Notes under the pieces: model-generated | Told to the model about the DNA's origin: nothing | Databases searched by the model: none | Seen by the model: only the letters and a program-made list of their open reading frames with translations | Made by a program: the position numbers and the translations under genes | Shown: positions 40,051 to 49,922 of the stretch, in pieces | How the letters are laid out: every line of letters begins with the position of its first letter | How positions within the stretch are numbered: position 1 is the stretch's first letter | DNA from: Vulcanimicrobiota bacterium | GTDB taxonomy: Bacteria > Vulcanimicrobiota > Xenobia > Xenobiales > JADMJV01 | DNA: 64,000 bases | Direction of reading: 5' to 3' | Assembly: GCA_050250895.1 (NCBI GenBank) | Contig: JBFWNU010000001.1 | Location: 2,756,891 to 2,820,890, forward strand

Positions 40051-40620
40051 ATGTCCGTGCTGACCGAACTGCAGAAGCGCAAGCTCATCCACATGTTCGA
40101 GTTGCTCGATGTCGATGGCAACGGCTTTCTCGAGTTCGCCGACTTTCAGGCCGTCATCGAGACGCTGGCCGAAGAACGGGGCCTCGAGCCCAATAGTCCC
40201 GGCTATCGTCGGCTCTTCGGCAACAACCGCCGCATCTGGAAGGGTCTGTTCAAGTGCGACCTCAACGGCGACGGACAGATCAGCCTGCCCGAGTGGCTGG
40301 CTTACCACATCGAGGCCATCCTCGCCGACGAACAAGCCGGCATCTCGCCTGCCGGCCTGACCACAGCCATCGACTCCATCGCGCGCTATTTCTACGAGTT
40401 GATGGACATGGACGGCGACGGCCAGGTTCAGCGCGAGGATTATCGCTATTTCTGCGAGGCCCACGGCATTCCCGAGGACACGGTGGAAGAGAGCTTCCAC
40501 CAACTCGATCGCGACGGCAATGGCACCCTATCGCTCGAAGAGGTGGTCACTCTGGTGCGCGAATTCTACACCAGCGACGACCCTTCAGCCCCCGGCAACT
40601 GGTTCTTCGGCGACTTCTAG
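40051..40620 (+). CDS. Four-EF-hand Ca2+-binding protein (calerythrin/SCP-like)
   Basis: Loops DVDGNGFLEFAD, DLNGDGQISLPE, DMDGDGQVQRED, DRDGNGTLSLEE. Confidence 0.92.
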   Translation: MSVLTELQKRKLIHMFELLDVDGNGFLEFADFQAVIETLAEERGLEPNSPGYRRLFGNNRRIWKGLFKCDLNGDGQISLPEWLAYHIEAILADEQAGISPAGLTTAIDSIARYFYELMDMDGDGQVQREDYRYFCEAHGIPEDTVEESFHQLDRDGNGTLSLEEVVTLVREFYTSDDPSAPGNWFFGDF

Positions 40621-41005
40621 CGGGGAGCGGCGGCTGACGCCGCCGGGAAAGGAGCCGGCGCTGCGCGCGGAGATCTCGGCCTGCGGCCGACAGGGAGCGG
40701 CGGCTGTGCCGCCGAGAGAGGAGCCGATTCGGCCTGCGGCCGACGGGGAGCGGCGGCTGTGCCGCCGGGAAAGGAGCCGATTCGGCCTGCGGCCGACGGG
40801 GAGCGGCGGCTGTGCCGCCGAGAGAGGAGCCGGCGCTGCGCGCGGAGATCTCGGCCTGCGGCCGACAGGGAGCGGCGGCTGTGCCGCCGGGAAAGGAGCC
40901 GATTCGGCCTGCGGCCGACGGGGAGCGGCGGCTGTGCCGCCGGGAAAGGAGCCGATTCGGCCGGCGGCCGACAGGGAGCGGCGGCTATGCCGCCGAGAAA
41001 GGAGT
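40621..41005 (+). repeat. Tandem 53/70-bp multi-hairpin units (about 7)
   Basis: Units start 40621, 40691, 40744, 40797, 40866, 40919, 40972; pattern long-short-short twice. Confidence 0.95.
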
Positions 41006-41032
41006 CTCTCCGAGGGAGCGGTAGCGACCGAG

Positions 41033-41351
41033 GCTCCTTCTCCCGCCAGCGAAGCGCAGCGCTCCTTCTCCCGGCCCAACGGGCCGCTCCTCTCCGCCAG
41101 CGAAGCGCAGCGCTCCTTCTCCCGGCCCAACGGGCCGCTCCTTCTCCCGCCAGCGAAGCGCAGCGCTCCTTCTCCCGGCCCAACGGGCCGCTCCTCTCCG
41201 CCAGCGAAGCGCAGCGCTCCTTCTCCCGGCCCAACGGGCCGCTCCTCTCCGCAAGCGAAGCGCAGCGCTCCTTCTCCCGGCCCAACGGGCCGCTCCTTCT
41301 CCCGCCAGCGAAGCGCAGCGCTCCTTCTCCCGGCCCAATGGGCCGCTCCTT
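41033..41351 (-). repeat. Tandem 51/53-bp double-hairpin units (6)
   Basis: Unit GCTCCTTCTCCCGCCAGCGAAGCGCAGCGCTCCTTCTCCCGGCCCAACGGGCC. Confidence 0.95.
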
Positions 41352-41451
41352 GTTAACTCGGAGTTAACTTTCTTTCAATACCCTGTTTCTTCACATTTCT
41401 TAAAGAATCGGTCAAGATAGACCCTACCAAACGCAGGAGAGAGGTTCGTTC

Positions 41452-41841
41452 ATGGGCGGTGTTGTCAAGGGTGTAAAGAGTGCTCTCAAAGGCGCGGAAG
41501 GCGCTACCAAAGGCTTGCTCAAGAGCGGCCTGGAGATGGCCTCGGGCCGTCCCGACCAAGCGGTCAAGACGCTGGTGACCAGTCAGCACAACGGGGTGAT
41601 GGATACCCTCAAAGGGGGTCACGAGATCGGCAAAGCCGTCGTTCCGGTGGCTGGCGCGGTGGCTGGTGGGTTCTTCGGCGGACCCGTGGGCTCGATGGTC
41701 GGTGGTCAAGCGGGCACCGCCGTGGCTGGCGAAATGGGCAAGATGGACGGGGTCTTCGACGAGATGAAGATCGCCACCAACGACAACGACTTCGGTCGCG
41801 CCAACGGCGACCTGGCTGCCGGTTTCGGGCCCTTCGCCTAG
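41452..41841 (+). CDS. Small glycine-zipper protein
   Basis: AGAVAGGFFGGPVGSMVGGQAG; GAGG SD. Confidence 0.8.
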   Translation: MGGVVKGVKSALKGAEGATKGLLKSGLEMASGRPDQAVKTLVTSQHNGVMDTLKGGHEIGKAVVPVAGAVAGGFFGGPVGSMVGGQAGTAVAGEMGKMDGVFDEMKIATNDNDFGRANGDLAAGFGPFA

Positions 41842-43368
41842 TTGAGCGAACATGACGACTGGGGGGTGTACCTCGTCACCGACGAGGCCCCCGAGGGCTT
41901 GCCCACTACCCTCGTGTTGGAGTGCCTGCTCGAGTTCGGTTCCGTTCCTGATCATCAGCAACTCGATGCGTTGCAGGATGCTTGCGATCGAATGTTCGCC
42001 AGCTACGATGCCGAAGAAGAACTGGCTCCCGCGCTCGAGGAGAAGGTTCAGGGTGTCAACGATGCCCTGGGCGCTTTCCAGGCCGCCCTCGAGCAAGAAG
42101 AAGGGCTCGAGGCCGCCCGCGATGATCTGATCGAGGCCGTCGAAGCCCTGCACTGGGGCCGTCTGGCCAGCGGTCGCAGCCCCTTCGGGGTGATCAACGT
42201 CTATCGCAATCTGTGGGCCCTGCGCGAGCATCCCGAACTGCCCGGCGACGCCTGGACTCAGGCTACCGAGCGCAGTCTCGGCTTCTATGGCGCCGCCCTC
42301 GATGAGCTGGAAGCCAGCGGCAAGCTCGACGATCCCACCGTGGCCCACCGCCACCAGGCCCTGTGCGCGCTGATCGGCGTGCTCGAGGGGGTGGGCCAGC
42401 AGATGCAGGACCCTGAGGAGTTCGTCGAGCCGTTGCGGACGGCGCTGCTCGAGGTCAATTTGGCAGTCAAGGCCTATGGTGAGGGGATGGTGGACGGCCC
42501 GACCGGCTCGCGTCCGATCAATCACGTGCATCTGGCCGCTGTGCGCGTCCGCCGAGGCTTGATGGAGCCCGAGCTACTCGAGCGAGCCATCGAGCCGGTC
42601 CGTACCATCGTGCTCGAGTGGCTAAGCCAGGTCGACCACAGCGAAGGGCCGCATCTTCGCCCCGGGCTCGAGCACCTGGGCCAGGCCCTGACCGAGTTGG
42701 CTCGATTTGCCCGAGAGGGACAAGACGGTCCGGCCGTCGAGGCCGCCCTCGCAGGGCTGGTCGCCCACGGCAACGCTTTCACCGAGGCGTACGCGATCTA
42801 TAAGAAGCATCTCGAGCAGGCCCACACGGTGGTCTGCGTGGCCTGCGGAGCCCGTCACCGACCCGGCGAGCGAGCCTGCAGTTGCGGCGCGGTATTGCCC
42901 CGCTGGAAGCGCGGTGAAGAGAGCGCCGTCAGGATTCTGGCCGGCGAATCCGGCATCGAGGCCGGCGCGGTGGTGACCGCCCCCATGCGCGAGCTGGCCG
43001 ATGCCTGTCAGGCTTTCGAACGGCAAGAGCTGCCGTTAGACGCCTTCAGGGCCCTGCTTGAGAAGCACGCCGAGCAGGCTTCCGGAGCCGAGTTGCGCCT
43101 GGGTCAGCTGCGACTGCCGGAGCTGCCCGCCGAAGCCACGGCGGCCGAGCGGGCCGCTACCAGGCCGGTCGAGGAGTTCGGGCGGCAGTCACTCGATGCC
43201 TTGCTCAGTGGGCTCAATCGTTGTCTGGATGGTCTCCAAGAAATGATGAAGGCCGCCGAGAACGGCGACCCTGTTGGTCTGCGGCAAGGGCTGCAGAGGT
43301 ATGGTGACGGCAGCCAGCTCGTTTGGGAGGCCCGTCAGGCCTACGAGCTGGCCACCGCCGAGGCCTAA
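41842..43368 (+). CDS. Helical hypothetical protein with internal zinc ribbon
   Basis: CVACGARH..RACSCGAVLP; resembles 7044..8486. Confidence 0.8.
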   Translation: MSEHDDWGVYLVTDEAPEGLPTTLVLECLLEFGSVPDHQQLDALQDACDRMFASYDAEEELAPALEEKVQGVNDALGAFQAALEQEEGLEAARDDLIEAVEALHWGRLASGRSPFGVINVYRNLWALREHPELPGDAWTQATERSLGFYGAALDELEASGKLDDPTVAHRHQALCALIGVLEGVGQQMQDPEEFVEPLRTALLEVNLAVKAYGEGMVDGPTGSRPINHVHLAAVRVRRGLMEPELLERAIEPVRTIVLEWLSQVDHSEGPHLRPGLEHLGQALTELARFAREGQDGPAVEAALAGLVAHGNAFTEAYAIYKKHLEQAHTVVCVACGARHRPGERACSCGAVLPRWKRGEESAVRILAGESGIEAGAVVTAPMRELADACQAFERQELPLDAFRALLEKHAEQASGAELRLGQLRLPELPAEATAAERAATRPVEEFGRQSLDALLSGLNRCLDGLQEMMKAAENGDPVGLRQGLQRYGDGSQLVWEARQAYELATAEA

Positions 43369-45227
43369 GGCGCCGGAAAGCAGGTTCCCGGAGGAACCGG
43401 CGTCGGCGCGGTGGTGAAGGTGGGGGCCGGGTTATTGTTGCCCAGGTCCTCGAATTGGGCGGATACGCCCGAGAAGACGCTCACCAGCGCGGTCATTCCC
43501 GAGATTTCCAGGCAGTGGGTGGCACTGGTCTGGACTCGCACCGGCACGCTGCTGTTGCGCAGCCGGATGCGCGAAGGCACCGACGGGCTGAGCACGCCCT
43601 GCGGGGTGGCCGCGACCGCGTCGAGAATCCATACCACTTCGGCCGCCGTGGGCGGATTGGTGGTCAGGCGGAAGGGCGGCGCGGTGCCGTTGATGGTCAG
43701 GTTGGAAAGGGTGGTCATCGGCGCCGCCATCCCCACCTGGTTGACGTTGATGACATTGTTGGCGCCGGTGATGTTATTGAAGGTGCAGTTGTCGACGGTA
43801 AAACTGCTGCCGTTGAGGCGCAACGGACCGACGGCGTTGGCGAAGGTACTGTTGTTGATGGTCAGGCCGGTGTCGCCGGCGGCCGTGGCCGTGGTGTTGA
43901 CCCCGATGGTGCCGTCGGCAGACAGATTGGTCAGGGTGCCGGCGATATTGCCCTGGTTCTGCGAGGTGCGCACCGCCTGCACGCTGGAGGTCGCGGTCAC
44001 GTTGCTGGCCGTGAAGTTGAGGCTGGCGTTACCGTTAACGTTGGAGCTGACGGCAGTCATGTTGAGGGCCGTCTCGTAGGTGTTGGGCACGTTGACGGTG
44101 TCGATGGTGGCCATGGCCGCTCCCCCGTTGAACGTGCTCACGGTGATGGCCGTCTGAGCGCCGGTGCCGCCGGTGAAAGTGGCCCGGTTGATGGTCACGT
44201 TGACCGGGCCCATGCCGCGGTTGCCGTCGACGCCCACGGTGATACCGCCGCCGGTGAAGTTGTTGTCGTTAGCCGTGAAGGCGCCGTTGCCGACGGTCGT
44301 TTGCACCAGGAAGTTGTTGGCGTTAGCGCTGGTGAAGGCGTTGTTGTTGACTTGCACGGTGGCCGTGTCGCTGGTCAGGGCCAGGGCCCCGAAATTGGTG
44401 TTTTCGAAGGCGTTGTTGTGGATGTTGATGGTGCCTGGATTGAGGTCGAGCACCGTCAGGGTGTTGCCGGCCGCCTCGAGAAATCGAAAGCCCGCCACCT
44501 CGTTGTCGCCGGCCAGAGTAATGTTGGCCTGGACGGTCGGGGGCGTGCCGGCCGGAACCAGCGTCTGGGCCAGAACACGGTTGGCCGGCGGTTGGGCGGG
44601 CGTTCCGGAAAGCGCAAAACCGACCCCTTCACCGAGCAAGATGACGCCCCGGGCAATATTGATGTTGCCCATCAGGTTGTTGCTGGTGCCGTCGCCCTGG
44701 AACACGAAGATGGTGTCACCGGCGTTGGCCAGGGTGGCGGCGCTGTCGAGGTTGTTGAACGGGTTGGCCTGACTGCCGTCGCCGTTGGTGGCGCGACTGT
44801 TGTCGACGAAGAAGCCGTCACCCCGGATCGTGATCTTGACGATCGTCGTGCTCCGACCGTCATCGTTGACCAGGGTATAAGTGAAGGCGTCGATGCCCGC
44901 GAAGCCGGGGCGAGGTGTGTAGGTGAAGCTGCCGTCGGCATTGAGCACCACCGTAGCGCCGTTGAGGCTGGTGGCATCGAAGCTGTTGATGGTGGCCCCG
45001 TTGAGGGTGTCGTTGGCCAGGACGCCGTTAGCCACAGGCACGGTCAAAACGGCGTTGCCGAGGGCGAGATATTCGTCGAGCACCGCCTGGGGCGGCATCG
45101 CGTTAGGATTGTTGGTCGTTACGACGGTCACGCCACCATTGGTGGTGACCGTTTCGTCGTCGCAGTCGCAGCCGCAAAGTTGCGAAGCTAGAAATACCAG
45201 GATTAATAGTGAAAGACCCCTTTTCAT
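43365..45227 (-). CDS. Probable surface lipoprotein: Ig/cadherin-like domain plus beta-helix
   Basis: Signal peptide with LCG|C; GVLAND..DGSFTYTP..FTYT; GDGSQANPF..GDTIFV; Asn/Thr-rich repeats. Confidence 0.8.
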   Translation of the reverse strand: MKRGLSLLILVFLASQLCGCDCDDETVTTNGGVTVVTTNNPNAMPPQAVLDEYLALGNAVLTVPVANGVLANDTLNGATINSFDATSLNGATVVLNADGSFTYTPRPGFAGIDAFTYTLVNDDGRSTTIVKITIRGDGFFVDNSRATNGDGSQANPFNNLDSAATLANAGDTIFVFQGDGTSNNLMGNINIARGVILLGEGVGFALSGTPAQPPANRVLAQTLVPAGTPPTVQANITLAGDNEVAGFRFLEAAGNTLTVLDLNPGTINIHNNAFENTNFGALALTSDTATVQVNNNAFTSANANNFLVQTTVGNGAFTANDNNFTGGGITVGVDGNRGMGPVNVTINRATFTGGTGAQTAITVSTFNGGAAMATIDTVNVPNTYETALNMTAVSSNVNGNASLNFTASNVTATSSVQAVRTSQNQGNIAGTLTNLSADGTIGVNTTATAAGDTGLTINNSTFANAVGPLRLNGSSFTVDNCTFNNITGANNVINVNQVGMAAPMTTLSNLTINGTAPPFRLTTNPPTAAEVVWILDAVAATPQGVLSPSVPSRIRLRNSSVPVRVQTSATHCLEISGMTALVSVFSGVSAQFEDLGNNNPAPTFTTAPTPVPPGTCFPAP

Positions 45228-45252
45228 AGGACCCGGTTCTGGGAGGGGCGAG

Positions 45253-46566
45253 TTAATCCTTCTGCTCGGCAGGGGGCGTGAGCTGACGTTCTTGCTCGAT
45301 CATGGCGGCCAGCCGGTCTTTGACCCGATCAAAATGGATTCGCAAGGAATGGACGTGAGCCCCAAAGGCGGCCGGCATGGTGCCCAGTTCCTGAACGTCG
45401 CGCTCGATCTCATGGAGCTTTTCGAAGAGTTCTCCCGGGAGGAGCTTTTCGAGTCGGGTCTCGAGTTCCTGGATGGCCTTGTAGCGCTTATCGATCTTGC
45501 GCTTCATGGTCCAGCCGTAGACCATCGGCAACAGCCTGCCCAGTGGCGCCAATAGGCCGAGGAAGGGAATCATCAAAACGGCCATACGATCGAGGGCGCT
45601 GGCTACGTGAAAGGGAAGATGGCGATAGAGAAACGAGGTGCCGCGTCGGTAAAAGGTCTTGGCGTCGGCCGATACCGGGTAGCTGCAGAAGTCGGCGGTG
45701 GGAAACTGGTTGGTCTTGCCCAGGATGTCGCCCTGGCCGTGAATCTCGCGGCCGGCCTCGAGCACGACGGCCACCAGGGCCTGGTGAAAGTCCGAGCGGA
45801 CGACCAGCGTGGCCGCCGGCGCAATCAAATGGACGTCCTCGCGGGGCAAATCATCGTGAAGGTCCATGACTCCGGCCGGCAGCACCACCTCAGAAAGAAA
45901 ATGGTGGCGGCGCACATAGGCTTTCGAGCGAGTGAAGTTCATCAGCCGGATATCGGGGCTGGCCAACAGTCGACCGACGGCCGGAATAGTGTGCGAGCCG
46001 ACGATGAAAAGCGCATCGATCTGGCCTGCCATCAGCTGCCTTTCACCCTCTTCGCCGCCGATCGAGACCAGTTCGACCTGGTCGAGCATGCGATTGTCCT
46101 CGAGCAACTGCACTGCGATGGTTCTGGTGCCGCTGCCTTCGGAACCCACCGCCAAGCGCTTGCCCTTCAGCTGAGTGAGCTGAGTGTAGGGACCTTCGCC
46201 GCGAACAAAGACCCACAGCGGCTCGAGGTACACGCTGCCCAGCGAGACCAGCTCGTGTTTGAGATTGGGATCCACGATCCCGCCCTGGATCAGGGCGATG
46301 TCGGCTTTGCCTTCGTCGAGCAGGCGCAGGTTCTCGGTCGAGCCGTGGGTCTCCAGCACCTGGATGTCGACCCCGAGCGGGCCGAGAGTGTTCTGGTATT
46401 CCTGGGCAAATCGGTAGTAGGCGCCCCAGCTCGAGCCGCTGGCGAAACGAAGCTTCATGGGTGGGGGAGGGCCTACAAAATTCCAGGCCCAGATAAAGCC
46501 CAGCATCGAGAGCACGATCCCCGGCCCGTAGATTACCCACAGTTCGCGATTACGGTCTTTTGACAC
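45253..46566 (-). CDS. TAXI-family TRAP solute-binding protein, membrane-anchored
   Basis: ASGS..GAYY, THGSTENL, YLEPLWVF and GSGT motifs; TM segments at both ends. Confidence 0.85.
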   Translation of the reverse strand: MSKDRNRELWVIYGPGIVLSMLGFIWAWNFVGPPPPMKLRFASGSSWGAYYRFAQEYQNTLGPLGVDIQVLETHGSTENLRLLDEGKADIALIQGGIVDPNLKHELVSLGSVYLEPLWVFVRGEGPYTQLTQLKGKRLAVGSEGSGTRTIAVQLLEDNRMLDQVELVSIGGEEGERQLMAGQIDALFIVGSHTIPAVGRLLASPDIRLMNFTRSKAYVRRHHFLSEVVLPAGVMDLHDDLPREDVHLIAPAATLVVRSDFHQALVAVVLEAGREIHGQGDILGKTNQFPTADFCSYPVSADAKTFYRRGTSFLYRHLPFHVASALDRMAVLMIPFLGLLAPLGRLLPMVYGWTMKRKIDKRYKAIQELETRLEKLLPGELFEKLHEIERDVQELGTMPAAFGAHVHSLRIHFDRVKDRLAAMIEQERQLTPPAEQKD

Positions 46567-46593
46567 CCACGGGATGCTTCGACCCGCCCGCCG

Positions 46594-47508
46594 CTAGTGC
46601 CTCCGACGTCCCCGGCGGGTTGCCCCGAGAAGCCCGGCCAGGTCCGCGGCATCGGCCGTCGGGGAGGTTCCAGGAGGCATGGCCAGGGCGTGCTCGGGCT
46701 TGTCGGCGATAATCACGGTCATGGCCCGGCCCAGGCTCAAGGGAACCAGGACCGTCCCGGAGGTCGTCTTCTGCAGGCTGAACTGGTTGCGAAACAGATG
46801 CTCGAGGCGGACCCTGGGGTCCCCCCGGCGCAACAGAACCTTGCCTCGCTGGGACAGGTTGCTGCCCTCGACCCGCGTCGCCTTTCCGTCGCGAAACCAG
46901 ACCATCGTCTCTCCGTAGCGCACGCCCGTGAATTTGGAAGGGGCGGCTCCCTGGCCCTGGAGATGGGCCATAATCTGGGGGCGTTGCAGCAGGTCCATGG
47001 GCTCGGGCTCTTGACCGGTGGCTTGGGCCACTTCCGAGGGGGTCATGCCCAACTCGACCCGGTCGCACGCCATGGCCTCGCCGGGCACGAAAAGCAGGTT
47101 GTGATAGACCACGCCGTCCTGGGTGGGATCGTGTTCGTAATCCCAGAACGAGGCACCGACCCCCAGGGCTACCATGACCGCGATCCAGGCCAGGCAGCCG
47201 AACATGCAACCACCCTGACGCCGACCCGAGGCCGTGAACTGGGCCAAAGTCGGCAAGGCTAGAAAGGCCACGCCCACCAGCCAGAACGAGTCGCTCAGGG
47301 GACCAGAGCGAAACAGCGAGAGGATGAGCAAGACGGCCCAGGTGATAGGGATGCAGGTGGCCAGGCGCCACCAGGCCGAGTTGGGAAGTTTGTCGGCGAA
47401 CTCGCTCACCGGCGGCGCACTCTCGCGCACCGCGAAACGATGCCCGCAATCGCAGCGGGCGACCGCATCGCCATGGAGTTGGCCGCAGGTCGGGCAGAGC
47501 TTGTTCAC
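46594..47508 (-). CDS. Hypothetical membrane protein with N-terminal zinc ribbon
   Basis: CPTC..CDCG, about 3 TM helices, LGMTxxEV motif. Confidence 0.7.
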   Translation of the reverse strand: MNKLCPTCGQLHGDAVARCDCGHRFAVRESAPPVSEFADKLPNSAWWRLATCIPITWAVLLILSLFRSGPLSDSFWLVGVAFLALPTLAQFTASGRRQGGCMFGCLAWIAVMVALGVGASFWDYEHDPTQDGVVYHNLLFVPGEAMACDRVELGMTPSEVAQATGQEPEPMDLLQRPQIMAHLQGQGAAPSKFTGVRYGETMVWFRDGKATRVEGSNLSQRGKVLLRRGDPRVRLEHLFRNQFSLQKTTSGTVLVPLSLGRAMTVIIADKPEHALAMPPGTSPTADAADLAGLLGATRRGRRRH

Positions 47509-47542
47509 CTTGTCATGTCCTGCGGAGCGGTGGATTTCTCCT

Positions 47543-49876
47543 CTAAAGTCTGGCCTGGGCCAGCCGCAAGCTGTTCGAGACCACGCTCACGCTCGAGAAG
47601 GCCATGGCGGCCGCGGCCAGCATCGGGTGTAAGCCGGTCGTCCAGCCCGGCGCGCCGGCCACCAGGGCTCCCACGCCGGCTGCCAGGGGAATGAGCAGGC
47701 AGTTGTAAGCGAAAGCCCAGAACAGGTTCTGGCGGATGATGCGGGCGCTGGCGCGACTCAACTTGATGGCGCGCACGACGCCAGTCGGATCGTGGCCGGC
47801 CAGGGTGACCTGAGCCGTCTCGATGGCCACATCGGTGCCGCTGCCGATGGCCAACCCCACCTCGGCCGCGGCCAGGGCGGGGGCATCGTTGATGCCATCT
47901 CCAACCACGGCTACCCGGCGACCCAGCCGGCGCAGTTCGGCCACCGTCTCGGCCTTGCCCTCGGGGGTCTGGGCGGCAAAGACCTGGGTTATCCCGACTT
48001 GCCGGGCCACCAGCGCGGCCGAGCCGGCGTTGTCTCCGGTCAACATCACCGACTCGATACCCAGCCTCTCGAGTTCGGCCACGGTCGCAGCGGCCGAGGC
48101 GACCAGTTGATCAGCCACTCCCAGCAGCCCCACCACTTCGCGGTCGCAGGCCACGGCCACTACCGTCAGTCCCTGGTCTTCCATGGCCTGGGCCGAGGCC
48201 AAAAGCTGGCCCTCGAGACCGATCCAACCGGGACGTCCCACCCGCACCGTCTGGCCCTCGAACTGGCCGCTGACCCCCTGACCGGGATAGGTGGTCACCT
48301 CGTCGGCTCGACCCGCTCCCGGGCTGGCCTCGACAATAGCGTGGGCCAGAGGGTGGGTGCTGGCGGCCTCGACGGCGGCGGCTAGAGCCACCACCTGGTC
48401 ACCCCCCACGACTTCGACCACGGCGGGTTTACCCTGAGTGATGGTGCCGGTCTTGTCGAAGGCCACCGTGTCCACCCGAGCCAGGGTCTCGAGTGCCTCG
48501 GCATCGCGAAACAGCAGCCCGACCTGAGCACCGCGGCCGATTCCGGCCACCACCGCGGTGGGAGTAGCCAATCCCAGGGCGCAGGGGCACGCCACCACCA
48601 GCACGGCTACCAGATGAGTCAGAGCGGCCTCGACCCCCACCGACCACCAGGCCATCAGAGTGAGCAGAGCCAACCCCAGCACCACGGGGACGAACACGGC
48701 CGCCACCTGGTCGACCAGCTCTTGCACCGGTGGCCGGCTGCTCTGGGCCTTGCGCACCATCTCGACCAGGCGAGCCAGGGCCGTGGCCTTGCCCACCGCG
48801 GTCACCTTGACCGTCAATTGGCCGTTGCCGTTGATGGTGGCTCCGGTGACGGGGTCGCCCGGGCCTTTCTCGACCGGCACCGGCTCGCCCGTGAGCATGC
48901 TCTCGTCGACCTGGCTGTGGCCGGCCTCGATGACTCCGTCCACGGGAATCTTCTCGCCGGCCAGCACCACGGCTCGATCGCCCACCTTGACCTGTTCGAG
49001 GGCAACTTCGATTTGCTCGTCGCCCCGCTGCAGACGCGCCTTCGGAGGAGCCAGTGCTAACAGGGCCCGAACGGCCTGACCGGTGCGTCGCTTGGCGCGG
49101 TGCTCGAGCAGTTTGCCCAGCAGCACCAGCGTGATGATGACGGCGGCCGTCTCGAAATACAGATGCTTTCCCACCACCGTCACACCGGCCAGAACGGCCA
49201 GGCTGGAGAGATAGGCGGTGGTGGAACCCAGGCTGACCAGCAGGTCCATGTTGGCCGAGCGGTTGCGTAGGGCGGTCACGGCCCCGCGGTGAAAATCCAG
49301 ACCCACCCAGGCCCACACCGGCGTGGCCAGCAGGGCTTGCAGCCAGCCCGGGCCGCTGCCGCTCATGGCCAGCACGAACAGCGGCAGAGTTAGCGCCGCG
49401 CCCACCGTTAGCCTCGCCTTGAGGGTCTGTTCATACTCGGCCAGCGGGTCTTCTTCGGGCTCTTGTTCGACCACCAGTTCCCAGCCGGCCGCGGCCACCG
49501 CCTCGGCCAGTTCCTCGAGCGAGGTCCCGGTCCAGTGGTGGATCCTGGCGCTGGCTTCGGTCAGGTTGATGTCGGCTGACAAAACCCCTGGAAAGCCCTC
49601 GATGGTGGCTTTGGCCCGCTTGACACAGCCAGCGCAATGGAGCCCCTTGAGGGGATATTCTTGCTCGACGGTGGGGACTCCAAAGCCGGCTTCATCGATC
49701 TGCTCGACCAGTTGCCGGCTGCCCAGCCGTTCGGGGTCGAGGGTCACGGTGACCTGGCTTTCGACCAGGTCGACCACGGCCGTATCGATCCCGCTCACGG
49801 CTGACAGTTTGTCTTGAAGGCGGCGCACACAGCCCGCGCAGTGCAAGCCCGAGACGGGCACGACCAGTGTTTTCAC
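47543..49876 (-). CDS. copA: Cu(I)-translocating P1B-type ATPase
   Basis: Two HMA domains (GLHCAGC); TGE, CPC, DKTGT, GDGIND, YN and MAFSS motifs. Confidence 0.95.
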   Translation of the reverse strand: MKTLVVPVSGLHCAGCVRRLQDKLSAVSGIDTAVVDLVESQVTVTLDPERLGSRQLVEQIDEAGFGVPTVEQEYPLKGLHCAGCVKRAKATIEGFPGVLSADINLTEASARIHHWTGTSLEELAEAVAAAGWELVVEQEPEEDPLAEYEQTLKARLTVGAALTLPLFVLAMSGSGPGWLQALLATPVWAWVGLDFHRGAVTALRNRSANMDLLVSLGSTTAYLSSLAVLAGVTVVGKHLYFETAAVIITLVLLGKLLEHRAKRRTGQAVRALLALAPPKARLQRGDEQIEVALEQVKVGDRAVVLAGEKIPVDGVIEAGHSQVDESMLTGEPVPVEKGPGDPVTGATINGNGQLTVKVTAVGKATALARLVEMVRKAQSSRPPVQELVDQVAAVFVPVVLGLALLTLMAWWSVGVEAALTHLVAVLVVACPCALGLATPTAVVAGIGRGAQVGLLFRDAEALETLARVDTVAFDKTGTITQGKPAVVEVVGGDQVVALAAAVEAASTHPLAHAIVEASPGAGRADEVTTYPGQGVSGQFEGQTVRVGRPGWIGLEGQLLASAQAMEDQGLTVVAVACDREVVGLLGVADQLVASAAATVAELERLGIESVMLTGDNAGSAALVARQVGITQVFAAQTPEGKAETVAELRRLGRRVAVVGDGINDAPALAAAEVGLAIGSGTDVAIETAQVTLAGHDPTGVVRAIKLSRASARIIRQNLFWAFAYNCLLIPLAAGVGALVAGAPGWTTGLHPMLAAAAMAFSSVSVVSNSLRLAQARL

Positions 49877-49922
49877 AACACCTTAGACTTCGGCTTTCTA
49901 CGCAGGGTTTCCTTACCAGGAG

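Noticed and set aside
40520-41367. ORFs running through the repeat arrays (also 17749..19290 and 18657..19436)
   Set aside because: Unit lengths 23, 53 and 73 are not multiples of 3, and ORFs are open in many frames on both strands; these are stop-free GC repeats.
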